DNA of 64,000 nt from an uncultured archaeon (GTDB lineage Archaea; Thermoproteota; EX4484-205; JAAOZP01). The stretch is taken from positions 32,001 through 96,000 of the forward strand of contig CALIBN010000012.1 in NCBI GenBank assembly GCA_938045545.1. The letters are read 5' to 3'. A program made the translations under genes and the position numbers. The notes below the pieces were generated by a model, which ran no database searches, was not told the DNA's origin, and saw only the letters and a list, made by a program, of their open reading frames with translations. Of the stretch, positions 30,317-39,341 are shown in pieces. The first letter of the stretch is position 1. Every line of letters starts with the position of its first letter.

Positions 30317-30993
30317 ATGAATCCAGAGCTCAGGAAAAGGTTCGTGGATTCCCTTGATTATCTTAGAAAGATGGATTTCTTCAAGGATTACTCCAATTTA
30401 ACATCCGAGGAGATTCTCGAGAAGATCTTTAACGGGTAAATCAATTATGCATATTGGTTGAATGAAAATGAAGGAAAGAGTATAGTAACGTTAGATTCGA
30501 AGCCATACGGATATTATTTAAAGGAATCAATAGAGAAAGATGAAGAGTACAGGATGAAGGAGGGCATTGCTAAAATAGACAATAAAATTTTCGTTTTTGA
30601 TACTAAGAGAGTCATAGTTGAGAAAGTGAGACGATGGTGTATAACGGACTTGGTCAATCCGTCTTAAAAAGATTGGCAAGGATTTCAATAGGGTTTTACA
30701 ACCGCAAACATTAGAGAGGAATGTATAAAGAGTAGAAGAAAAGGAAGAATGCGGAACATATTTAAGGTTTACTTCACTTTTAGAGGGAAAGAGCATTGTA
30801 CGAGATACTTTTAGACGGTGATTACTTTGATAGCCTTGGCATAAGTGAGATAAATAAGCTGATTGAAGATACAGGATACCAATATTATCATATATTTGGT
30901 GAAGACATAGTCATTGTTATGTTGACGGAAAATGAAGTAAATAAATTAGAACGCGAAAGAGGATGGAGGCTGATATTGCCTCAAGGCTCATAG
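30317..30993 (+). pseudogene. AT-rich hypothetical gene in pieces downstream of tRNA-Gln
   Basis: ATG 30317 is in frame with ORF 30458-30667 across TAA 30437-30439, and continues by frameshift into 30796-30993. Confidence 0.55.
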
Positions 30994-31125
30994 TTAGGAT
31001 TCTCAATTATTTTCTTTGGATCTATCACGGGCTCAACTCCACTTGAAAAATTAGATGCAAGAATCTCGTCTAAATCTTTAAGCAGCATGACAATAGGAAT
31101 GCCGTATAGAAGTATTGGGTAAAGA

Positions 31126-31323
31126 ATGGTCGAGTCTTTCCTCGAAAGGATTGAGGTCGATGTGGAGAAGCTGGGTGGAAAACCGGTTATTAAGGGTACC
31201 AGAATCCAGGTGGCCTTAATACTCGAGCTTGTAGCAAACGACATGAAGACTGAGGAAATAGTTAAAGAGTGCCCCGAGCTTCCCCCGAAGGACATTAAGG
31301 CCGCCTTTATGCAGCTAGTCTGA
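31126..31323 (+). pseudogene. DUF433 antitoxin, C-terminus probably frameshifted
   Basis: GGKPVIKGTRI.V..ILE...EEI....PEL...DIKAA pattern. Confidence 0.8.
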
Positions 31324-31341
31324 CGGAGAAAGAGATACTGC

Positions 31342-31557
31342 TTGCACTCGAATAACCCTGCTTTCCTTATTGGCGAAAACCTTCCAGTATCGCTTAGAGA
31401 CGCTATTAGGCTTGCGGGATTTACCGCCTACAGGCCTGGCGACATGGGGCTTAAAGGAGCAAAGGATAGCGTCGTGGCCAAGTATGCATTAAATGAAAAG
31501 CTTATCCTAATTACGCTTGATAAGGCGCACGGCGGTAGCGGCGACGCCACCTCCTGA
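31342..31557 (+). pseudogene. DUF5615 PIN-like toxin, truncated
   Basis: FLIGENLP (family FLxDENL, Asp lost), GAKD and ILITLDK, followed by an early stop; downstream of DUF433. Confidence 0.75.
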
Positions 31558-31771
31558 AGGAACTTTATCAACTCTGACTTGAGCGGAAAGGCATCGTAGA
31601 AATCGCCGGCGCGCGCTTTATAGTTTGTCGGAGAAAGCTATTTATACGATGCTTATGATAAAGACTTAGAGGTGAGGGTGCATTTTAAGCTGGAACTTTG
31701 AAAGTAGTAGACCTAGAGTAAAGTATCCTAAGCTTCTACTGCTTATTTTAAGCTATGTAATAGCGTTTGCC

Positions 31772-32254
31772 TTGTTCGCGGAAAGATCTTATGCTCCTCT
31801 TCACGAGATGTTGATCAGCTTGGGATATTTCGGAACCTTTTTAGCAGGGTTTCTCTATGCTTACGCCTTCACGGCTGCGCCGGCAGCCTCAATACTGCTA
31901 ATACTTGCTGAAGAACACAGCATGTTTTTCGCTGGGCTCACTGCTGGTTTCGGCGCCTTGTTAGGCGACCTCATCATATTTTACTTTGTAAGAAATGTTT
32001 TCAGCGACGAGGTGCAGAAACTGTCGAATGAAAGATTTGTTAAGGCTGCCGGGAAAAAAGTGTCAAGCCGGGTTGGAAAAATCCTTCTCGCGTTCTCAGC
32101 CTGCCTCCTTATTGCTTCTCCTCTCCCAACAGAAATCGGTGTTTCATTACTGGCTTCAATAAGAAATGTTTCTCCGAGAAAATTTTCAGTAATAGCAGGA
32201 ATATTGCATACTGCTGCAATCTTCGTAATCCTGTCGGCCGGAGGTGCTATCTGA
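31772..32254 (+). CDS. Hypothetical multi-pass membrane protein (start uncertain)
   Basis: Several hydrophobic segments; frame is open a little further upstream (KYPKLLLLILSY). Confidence 0.6.
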   Translation: MFAERSYAPLHEMLISLGYFGTFLAGFLYAYAFTAAPAASILLILAEEHSMFFAGLTAGFGALLGDLIIFYFVRNVFSDEVQKLSNERFVKAAGKKVSSRVGKILLAFSACLLIASPLPTEIGVSLLASIRNVSPRKFSVIAGILHTAAIFVILSAGGAI

Positions 32255-32969
32255 GCATGAGCGCCAGTCCAAATATTTGATTTATGCCTAATACATAGGG
32301 ATGTATGGCCAGATGCATGCTATTGCCATATTGCTTTTAGCGAATAGTACGCTGATTTTACTGGCACTTTTAACGAGCAGACGGTTAAAAACCTGAGGGT
32401 TAAGCTTTTCCTAGCGTTAATCTTGCTTCGCCCCCGGGAATTCCATATGAATCAAAAAATCTCTTGATAAGATTTTGTTTTTCTTCAAGCGGTTATGGTT
32501 CTTAGCAGTGCTCAGCACACACTAGTTGCTTCACACCCCCGCCTCGAATGTTTTAAAGGCTAGCCTTACCCCAGGTTTCCGTACACTGGCTTTGAGATAC
32601 TGTTCAGTGCCGGCGTCTATTTTGGCAGGCTTGACGAGACGGCTCCTTGGAAGAAGGGGTAAAAATGGTCTTCACGACGAAGCCCGCTTCACAACTAAAG
32701 CCATCCGCCAGGCCTCTGAAAAAAATGGTGTAAACGGCATGAACACACGCCTCAGGCGAACTGAGTGAAGCAAAACGATCCCCTGAAAACGGCTAAATTT
32801 TTTCAAACGGATAAGGTTGGTTAAAAGAAGACGGTTGAAAACAAGCTGAATCCAGCGGTTTCCACGCTAAAGGCTGAAAAATAAGTAAGCGAAAAGTTTA
32901 AATATCAGTAGGAGAGGGTTGAGTGAAAATGACACCGGCTTTTAAGCTTTTCTGCAGGAGGTTTGAGAG

Positions 32970-33902
32970 ATGAGCCTCCCAACAGATGAGCTGCAGAGAT
33001 GGGCATGTCCCCAGTGCGGCTCCAAGAAAATAGTAGAGGATAAAAGGTCTGGGGAAATCTACTGTTCAGAATGCGGCTTCGTACTCGTGCAAAAGCTGCT
33101 TGATGAAACAAAAGAATGGAGAGAATTCGGAGACGAGGAGTCTGAAAAAAGAGACAGAGTAGGAAGCCCCCTGTCATCAACAATATACGACTACGGTCTC
33201 TCAACCACGCTTGAAACAGGAATCAAGGACGCAACCGGCAAGGTTCTTTCCGAGAAAGCAATGGCAGAAGCACAGAAGCTTAGACTGTGGCAGCAGAGAA
33301 ACAGAGCATACAACTCGGCGGAGAGAAACCTGCAGGTCGCGAGCAAAGTAATCTCGCAAATAGCAGACCAGCTTAAAGCACCCAAAGCAACATACGTGAG
33401 GGCAGTCCAAATCTACCGTGACGCACTTGAAAGAGGCCTCGTGAGAGGAAGGCCGATAAACAGCCTCGCGGCAGCAGCACTATATGCCGCATGCAGAGAC
33501 AGCGGAATACCAAGAACATTGAAAGAGGTTGCAAACGCTTCAGGACTCAAAAGAAAAGAAGTAGCAAGAAGCTACAGACTACTAATCAGATCATTAGAAA
33601 GCAAAATGCCACTGAGTGACCCAGCAATATACGTCGAAAAAGTCGCAAGCAAACTCAAAGTCGGACCAGAAGTAGAAAGAGAAACATTGAAAATTTTAAA
33701 AGAAGCAAAAGATAAAAAGATTACGGCTGGCAAGGATCCCCTTGGGATGGTCGCCGCAGCCATGTATCTTGCTACGCAGAGGCTTGGTTTACAGTTGTTC
33801 ACTCAGAAGCAGATTGCTGAGGCGAGCAACGTTACTGAGGTCACTGTGAGGAACAGGTATAAGGGTCTGCGTGAAGCATTGGAAGGAATTAAAGAAGTAT
33901 AA
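32970..33902 (+). CDS. tfb: Transcription initiation factor IIB
   Basis: CPQCG...CSECG Zn ribbon, EWREF, two cyclin repeats, VTEVTVRNRYK. Confidence 0.97.
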   Translation: MSLPTDELQRWACPQCGSKKIVEDKRSGEIYCSECGFVLVQKLLDETKEWREFGDEESEKRDRVGSPLSSTIYDYGLSTTLETGIKDATGKVLSEKAMAEAQKLRLWQQRNRAYNSAERNLQVASKVISQIADQLKAPKATYVRAVQIYRDALERGLVRGRPINSLAAAALYAACRDSGIPRTLKEVANASGLKRKEVARSYRLLIRSLESKMPLSDPAIYVEKVASKLKVGPEVERETLKILKEAKDKKITAGKDPLGMVAAAMYLATQRLGLQLFTQKQIAEASNVTEVTVRNRYKGLREALEGIKEV

Positions 33903-34039
33903 TCTTATTTAAAACTTTTTTTAATTTATTTTTAATATCCTTACCGTTCTTGATTAATTTAAGTATCTTCAACTCTTAAAAGTTTATGAGCAGGACTAAT
34001 CAACTCCGAAAAACCACAAAGGCTTAAGCGCGCTAGTTA

Positions 34040-34273
34040 TGGAGATATGGATATGAAAGTCAGTAGGAGGAAGAAAGAGATTGTAGTAGGTGTTTTCAGA
34101 AGCCTTATACTGATGCCTCTGAAAGAAGAAATGCTTGGAGACTTGACAACGCTCTTCCTAACCCTTAAAGAAGCAGCAAATCCTCTTGACATCTTGCTTC
34201 AACATAAGATGCTCCAAGCTTCAACGCCTCTTCTAAAGCCTAAGAGCAGGATTTAGACGTGCTACTTATCCAT
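34040..34273 (-). pseudogene. N-terminal fragment of a TldD/PmbA-family protein
   Basis: Broken frames read LEEALKLGASYVEARCQED and SLRVRKSVVKSPSISSFRGISIRLL. Confidence 0.45.
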
Positions 34274-34459
34274 CTCCCCAGTTTTATTTAAAATCGGATG
34301 AGACTCAAAAATTACTTGAAACAAGCACATCTCTTCTAATGATTCGAATCGAAAAACTATCTAATTTAGACAAACCTATATGGTTTCCCCAAGGTATTCT
34401 TGAGACACCCGGAGGATGATGAGGTTTTTAACCGCGTAACGAATCTATCGAGAGAAGCC

Positions 34460-34620
34460 GTTAAACATCTATACTTGCTAAGAATAAAGGGTATTTACGG
34501 CTTGGTTAAGGCTCTAGCATTCTTCAAATGCTTAGGCTCAATCCAGCTTCCGGAAGTGGATTTAACTTCTATTCCGAATTGTTTATTATTCACGAGGACC
34601 ACTATGTCAACTTCAGTTTT
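34460..34620 (-). pseudogene. C-terminal remnant of a DUF4143-type ATPase-associated PD-(D/E)XK domain
   Basis: KTEVDIVVLVNNKQFGIEVKS; overlaps the end of the beta-helix gene. Confidence 0.45.
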
Positions 34621-36590
34621 ATGAAGCCTAGCTTAAAGGCTGGCGAGGCTGGCTTTAAGCAGAAATCATCCTCATCGGGTGCGTTAAACAACGGATCTGC
34701 AATAAGAGAGTTCCTATCCATTCCCAGTTCCCGCCATTCTTCCCACGAGAATTTTCCGAAGAGGATTTCGCCACCTCCTTCCCTCCAATACAGGTTATGG
34801 TCGAAAACAAATCCAAGATCATCTATGTTACCCGCCAGCAAGCTGCCCTCTCGCCAGTAGACGATGTTACGCTCAAAGATGAAACTGACGTGCTGCTCCG
34901 GACGTGTACGCTGAATCTGTGCATCCCGTCCGAAAGCAAAGATGTTGTTGCGGATAATGTTTTCCCTACCGTAATGCTGGTGGAATCCCCCATGAGTTGT
35001 ACGGTAGACGATGTTTCCCTCGGCAATAATGTTGGTGCTCCCCTCGTCGAAATAAATCCCCCAGCCTCCGTAGCGGAGACCTGCGACATCATGAATCCGA
35101 TTTAATCTGATGACTGTTCCCGGTTGAACCCCCAGTGTGTAAACCCCACCCATGTCGCTTAAGATTGGCCCTTCCCCATTCGATAGGACACCGATGTGGT
35201 GAATATGGTTTGATTCAACTGTATTCCCCATTGCAATTGATCTTCCGTAGCCCCAGGTCCAGCCGATGGAAACACCCGTGTAGTAGAAATCATGAATATG
35301 ATTATGAATAATGCGGTTGTTATAACTCTGTCCAATATATATCGCGACAGCACTGTGAAAGAAACGCCCTCCCCCGTGTATGTGGCAATCAATAACCTCA
35401 TTGCCGTAGGTTTGCTCGCTTTCAGATTCACGGATCAGGGTTTCCCCTATTTTAACACCTCCAGCCCCCAGGTCGAAAAACTCACATCCGACGATACGGT
35501 TATTCTGGCAGCCGCGTGCCAGCTCTAAAGCATAGTTTCCAAGATGAGTAAAAGTGCATTCTTCGAAGATACAGTTGCGGACTCCTTCCCCGTAAACAGA
35601 TCCAGGCACGCCTATGGCTGCCTGGGGGAACCCTCCAACGCTGGAGCCCTCTGGAAAATACCATTCAGTATGGGAAAATGTTAAGCCTTGGAAAAACAGG
35701 TTTTCAACAAACATGCCTTCCTCGGGCTTGCCCTCAAATCGGATGAGTTCGCTGATCACTGGTACTACAGCCTCCGCGTTAGACGGCTCCTCGCCAGGAA
35801 ACGGAATATAGTGAAGCATCGCGGTCTTAGGGTCTAGAAACCATTCTCCCTGAGAATCAAGCAGCTCGTAAACATTCTCCACATAATATAGGTCACCAGG
35901 GTCCAGACGGAAAACGCTTCTTTTACTGGAGCACACCATATGCTCCTCCTCTTTCACACCGGCTATTGGCAGGCGTGATTCAACCCAACGGTTCATAACC
36001 ACGATCTCCCCCGCGTCCACAGTGCTCCAAGCCTTAAGGTCTCCATCAAAGAATCGGAAGCAGTTTTGCCCTTCATCCCATTTTGTTTCAGGAGTTACGC
36101 CTGGAGCCTCTGCTACTTTAAAGTAGCCCCTGTTAGGGCTGCGGGCGCGAATGCAAGGGTGCCCGTTGACCCAGAGGTGTCGAAAGAACTGTTTGCCTCC
36201 AAATGTTTCAGGAACCCTTGCCACCCACAGCTTCCTTCCATCTACAACAGTTTGCTCCCAACCCGTTAATAATCTTCCACCGCTGATAACCGGTTTCTCA
36301 CCGGGATATGCTGCGAAGCATATTGGATGGTTGAGGGTTCCAGAATCCTCAGGTTTGAAGACCAGAGGATCAGCCAAAAAGTAGATGCCGCCGCGAACCA
36401 GAACGGTGACAGGCTGCCTAAGCGTTCCTCCCTGCTGATGCTTCAACTCGCGAATCGATTCCAAGGCACGATGAAGCGTGGCAAGAGGCCCGTCTGTTTT
36501 AAACTGGTTTGGCGTAGGCGTCTTTCCCGACCAAGAATCACTACCGTTAGGAGCGACATGGATAAAGACGGCGTCTCCACCGCTATTCAT
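34602..36590 (-). CDS. Right-handed parallel beta-helix protein (GH141-like putative glycoside hydrolase)
   Basis: VAPNGSDSWSG..DGPLAT, GEKPVISGG, repeated NHIHD/NRIHD, SDMGGVYTLG and GIYFDEG; no signal peptide seen. Confidence 0.8.
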   Translation of the reverse strand: MNSGGDAVFIHVAPNGSDSWSGKTPTPNQFKTDGPLATLHRALESIRELKHQQGGTLRQPVTVLVRGGIYFLADPLVFKPEDSGTLNHPICFAAYPGEKPVISGGRLLTGWEQTVVDGRKLWVARVPETFGGKQFFRHLWVNGHPCIRARSPNRGYFKVAEAPGVTPETKWDEGQNCFRFFDGDLKAWSTVDAGEIVVMNRWVESRLPIAGVKEEEHMVCSSKRSVFRLDPGDLYYVENVYELLDSQGEWFLDPKTAMLHYIPFPGEEPSNAEAVVPVISELIRFEGKPEEGMFVENLFFQGLTFSHTEWYFPEGSSVGGFPQAAIGVPGSVYGEGVRNCIFEECTFTHLGNYALELARGCQNNRIVGCEFFDLGAGGVKIGETLIRESESEQTYGNEVIDCHIHGGGRFFHSAVAIYIGQSYNNRIIHNHIHDFYYTGVSIGWTWGYGRSIAMGNTVESNHIHHIGVLSNGEGPILSDMGGVYTLGVQPGTVIRLNRIHDVAGLRYGGWGIYFDEGSTNIIAEGNIVYRTTHGGFHQHYGRENIIRNNIFAFGRDAQIQRTRPEQHVSFIFERNIVYWREGSLLAGNIDDLGFVFDHNLYWREGGGEILFGKFSWEEWRELGMDRNSLIADPLFNAPDEDDFCLKPASPAFKLGFIKLKLT

Positions 36591-36660
36591 TTTAGGTTGG
36601 AAAGATTGGAAACTATTTAAAATTACATTAACCTAGCATTTTCTTCAGTTTCAGCTGGAA

Positions 36661-36957
36661 ACGTGTGCAGGATGTTTGAATCAGGCTTGGCCAGCTAATG
36701 CTTGCTGGAGGATGTTGATGGTGCTCGCCAGAGGGAAAATAGCATCGCCCCGAATATCGGCGAGGCCAACACTTTTTAACAACATGGCCCGCCGCAACTC
36801 CTGTGGAGCATCATGCTGGGCTGCGATGATTCATGGTGGTAAGCAGTTGTTTTCGATAAGCAGGCGAAAAGGAGAATTATATTACCATGCATTATGATCA
36901 TTATAAACTAAGCATGTTTCAGCTTCAAATCAAGATTTTAAAAGTCCTGCGAGAAGC
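36661..36957 (+). repeat. Copy A of a ~290-bp diverged non-coding repeat
   Basis: Aligns by eye with the reverse complement of 50872-51150, e.g. GGAGAATTATATTACCATGCATTATG vs GGAGAAATTATATTACCATACATTATG. Confidence 0.8.
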
Positions 36958-37032
36958 ATGTGCCTGCTCAACGGTACCACTTGGTGTAGTAAGGGATAGA
37001 GAGCCATGCAGATTCTATCTTAACGCTGTCCT

Positions 37033-37527
37033 TCACGAGGTAGTTTTACTACTCCGAATTCCACCATCCTGTTTTCCGCAGGCCTTGAAAACCCTACCGG
37101 CTTTCGTTAAATAGTATAGTTGCAGTATTGATATGGCTAGCAGCGCTATAAGCAGGATGGAATAGACTGTTCTAACACTAGGATCCCTGACGTAAATGTT
37201 TACCAGTAGGAGCGATACGAGCAGTATTCCAACGGTTACTCTTGCTATTCTCATCATGAAAAGGTTTCTCCGGGCGTTCCGGGCCTCCAGCATTTCGCCT
37301 CTCCGCTTCTCCAGCTGCTTTAACCGCTCTTCGGAAAGATAGTACTTGCCCTCTTTCTCAACGAACACTCCCAGCTTCCCCAAACGGCCGCGCATGAGGC
37401 GTCTGAACCATGGCGGGAGGCCGATTTCCTCCGGGGTCATAGCCTTATCGGGGCTTGTAGCCCCCTTCTCGCGAAACTTTTCAACAAGCTCGAGCAGCCT
37501 CCGCCTGGCTTCAGCCTGTTCCATCAC
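37033..37527 (-). CDS. Hypothetical protein with two C-terminal TM helices
   Basis: Basic soluble N-terminus followed by two hydrophobic segments. Confidence 0.65.
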   Translation of the reverse strand: MMEQAEARRRLLELVEKFREKGATSPDKAMTPEEIGLPPWFRRLMRGRLGKLGVFVEKEGKYYLSEERLKQLEKRRGEMLEARNARRNLFMMRIARVTVGILLVSLLLVNIYVRDPSVRTVYSILLIALLAISILQLYYLTKAGRVFKACGKQDGGIRSSKTTS

Positions 37528-37573
37528 ACTCTAAACCAAGCCTAGTGGAAATATAACGCTTACTCTGGAGCAA

Positions 37574-38032
37574 CTATGTTTTACCGTGGGCAGCGGTCGT
37601 GTAGGTTGACCTCAACTCCCTGATGAGGCTCAGAAGAGTCTTAACCCGACTGTCAAGATATGCTTCGAGTTCATGCGGCATCTCGCCCCTGGTTTTCCCA
37701 AGGCTCCGCGGGTCTATGTTTTCAACTATGCCCTCCATTTTCCCGAGAAGAATGCTGATCCACATGTAAGTCAGGCTTAGGCTAGGCTCATTTTTGACTC
37801 CAGGGTTGAATCTTTCAATAAATTCGTCGATTATCTGCTCGATACTGTTAAGCTTATTGATGAAGGCTTCTGCGTCGCCGCATGATAGTGCTGCAGGCCT
37901 GCCGGCTATGCCTGAGGCCTCCGGGGGCTCACCCTCGGAAACAAGTTTTCTCAAGTCTTTAACGTATTTCCGGAGGGCGAGGGCGGCGGAGAAGACGAAT
38001 CTCTCATGCTTCCTATCCAGCTGGTTGCTCAA
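37574..38032 (-). CDS. Hypothetical helical protein, coupled to the upstream gene
   Basis: 152-aa ORF with a 4-nt overlap with the 38029-38877 gene. Confidence 0.7.
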   Translation of the reverse strand: MSNQLDRKHERFVFSAALALRKYVKDLRKLVSEGEPPEASGIAGRPAALSCGDAEAFINKLNSIEQIIDEFIERFNPGVKNEPSLSLTYMWISILLGKMEGIVENIDPRSLGKTRGEMPHELEAYLDSRVKTLLSLIRELRSTYTTAAHGKT

Positions 38033-38877
38033 AACGCCTCCACCTTCAGGCCTAGCATTCTTAGAGAGGAAACTGCTTGAAAAGTATACTCGAAAGAGGA
38101 GATGCCGTGCTCCAGGCTCCTTCTGAAACCACCGTTAGTGTTCTGGCAACCCAGGATGAAGCTCAGGGTCTCGTCGTGGTAAAGAGGCTCCTCGTTAAGC
38201 AGTCGGAGGCACGTTAGCCCCATGAAAGTCGGCTCCATGAATGAGGGTTTGGCGCCGGGTTTAAGGGAGAAGCCTCCCTCAGGGTTCTCGTGCAGCCTCA
38301 CGAAGTGCAGCGTGTCCAGCATCCCCCCGACAGGATGGTTCAGCGTTGAAAGCGTTTTGAGAGCGTAAAAGGTCGTGTTTAGGCTTGATTCCACAGTGCC
38401 GAAGCCACCATCAGGATTCTTCAGAGAAAGGACGAATTCTATTATCTTTTCACGGTGCTGCTCAATGTTGAGCATGCTCATAAGCTCTACGCACATGAAT
38501 GTTGTTTCAACCTCTGAAACCGTTTCCACGTCAACCTCGTATGCTCCAAACCTCCCCGTTGAATCCATCAGTTCAAAAACATGCTTGGAAACGTCTACCA
38601 GAGGCTGGTTGAGAATCATTAGAATCCTGTTGACGAGATAGTAGTCCCTAATGTTCATAGCGTTATATTTTCTAACCCATGTTATAGTGTCGTCAACCCT
38701 GGGGGGACTTACTTTAAGAATCCTCAGGGTCTCGAGGGCAAGATAAGTGTCGTAGAGAGTGGAGTCCGTGTACTGGACGGAGGTATAACCCCCGTCGTCA
38801 TTCTGCCTTGCAGTAATATACTCCACTGTTTTCCGCAGCAGAATCCCCCTCTCTATCCTAGCCGCCTCAGTTCCCAA
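38029..38877 (-). CDS. Prenyltransferase/squalene-oxidase-repeat protein (COG1689-like)
   Basis: Repeats QNDDGGY, KNPDGGF, ENPEGGF and QNTNGGF; GGAGG SD upstream of the TTG start. Confidence 0.85.
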   Translation of the reverse strand: MGTEAARIERGILLRKTVEYITARQNDDGGYTSVQYTDSTLYDTYLALETLRILKVSPPRVDDTITWVRKYNAMNIRDYYLVNRILMILNQPLVDVSKHVFELMDSTGRFGAYEVDVETVSEVETTFMCVELMSMLNIEQHREKIIEFVLSLKNPDGGFGTVESSLNTTFYALKTLSTLNHPVGGMLDTLHFVRLHENPEGGFSLKPGAKPSFMEPTFMGLTCLRLLNEEPLYHDETLSFILGCQNTNGGFRRSLEHGISSFEYTFQAVSSLRMLGLKVEAF

Positions 38878-38902
38878 CCATATCGTCCTCCATGAATACA
38901 GG

Positions 38903-38953
38903 GTAGGAGCTATCAGCCTCGCTTGAGGCGGTTGGAGGAGAGCTCCATCTCCC
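38903..38953 (-). ncRNA. Fluoride riboswitch (crcB motif)
   Basis: GGGAGAUGGAGCUCUCC-UCC-AACCGCCUCAAGCGAGGCUGAUAGCUCCUAC matches the consensus (GGxGAUG...AACCGC...GCUxAUxxCUxCUAC). P1 GGAGA/UCUCC, P2 GCCUC/GAGGC, pseudoknot GGAGC/GCUCC. Confidence 0.9.
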
Positions 38954-39341
38954 AGCCGTCCTTGGGGGCGGCTGGCGAGTTTTCGACCAGCGGCTTTATT
39001 AACTTTTCTCCATCGCTATGTAAAGTATTTAGCCGACCTTTCCCCAACTCTCAACTAGCGAGTAGCAAGGCCAAGCCGGAAAACGAAGCCAAATACTCTG
39101 GCGCAGAGCACCGCTGTGGATAGACCGGCGTCAAGCTTTTTCAACCTCAAGCCGGTAGGAGCCTCACACTGCCGGCTGGTGGTGCTAGACTCAGGAGTTG
39201 AACATTAATCAGAATCAGTAATAAAGAAACACCTATTTCAGAGAAACTTTTTAAACCTCGTCTACACGTGGCGCCGGCAAGCATTGAGTGGAAAACCAGT
39301 TGAAGACACATGGCTAAACACGAGTAGCATGGTTAGGCAGG

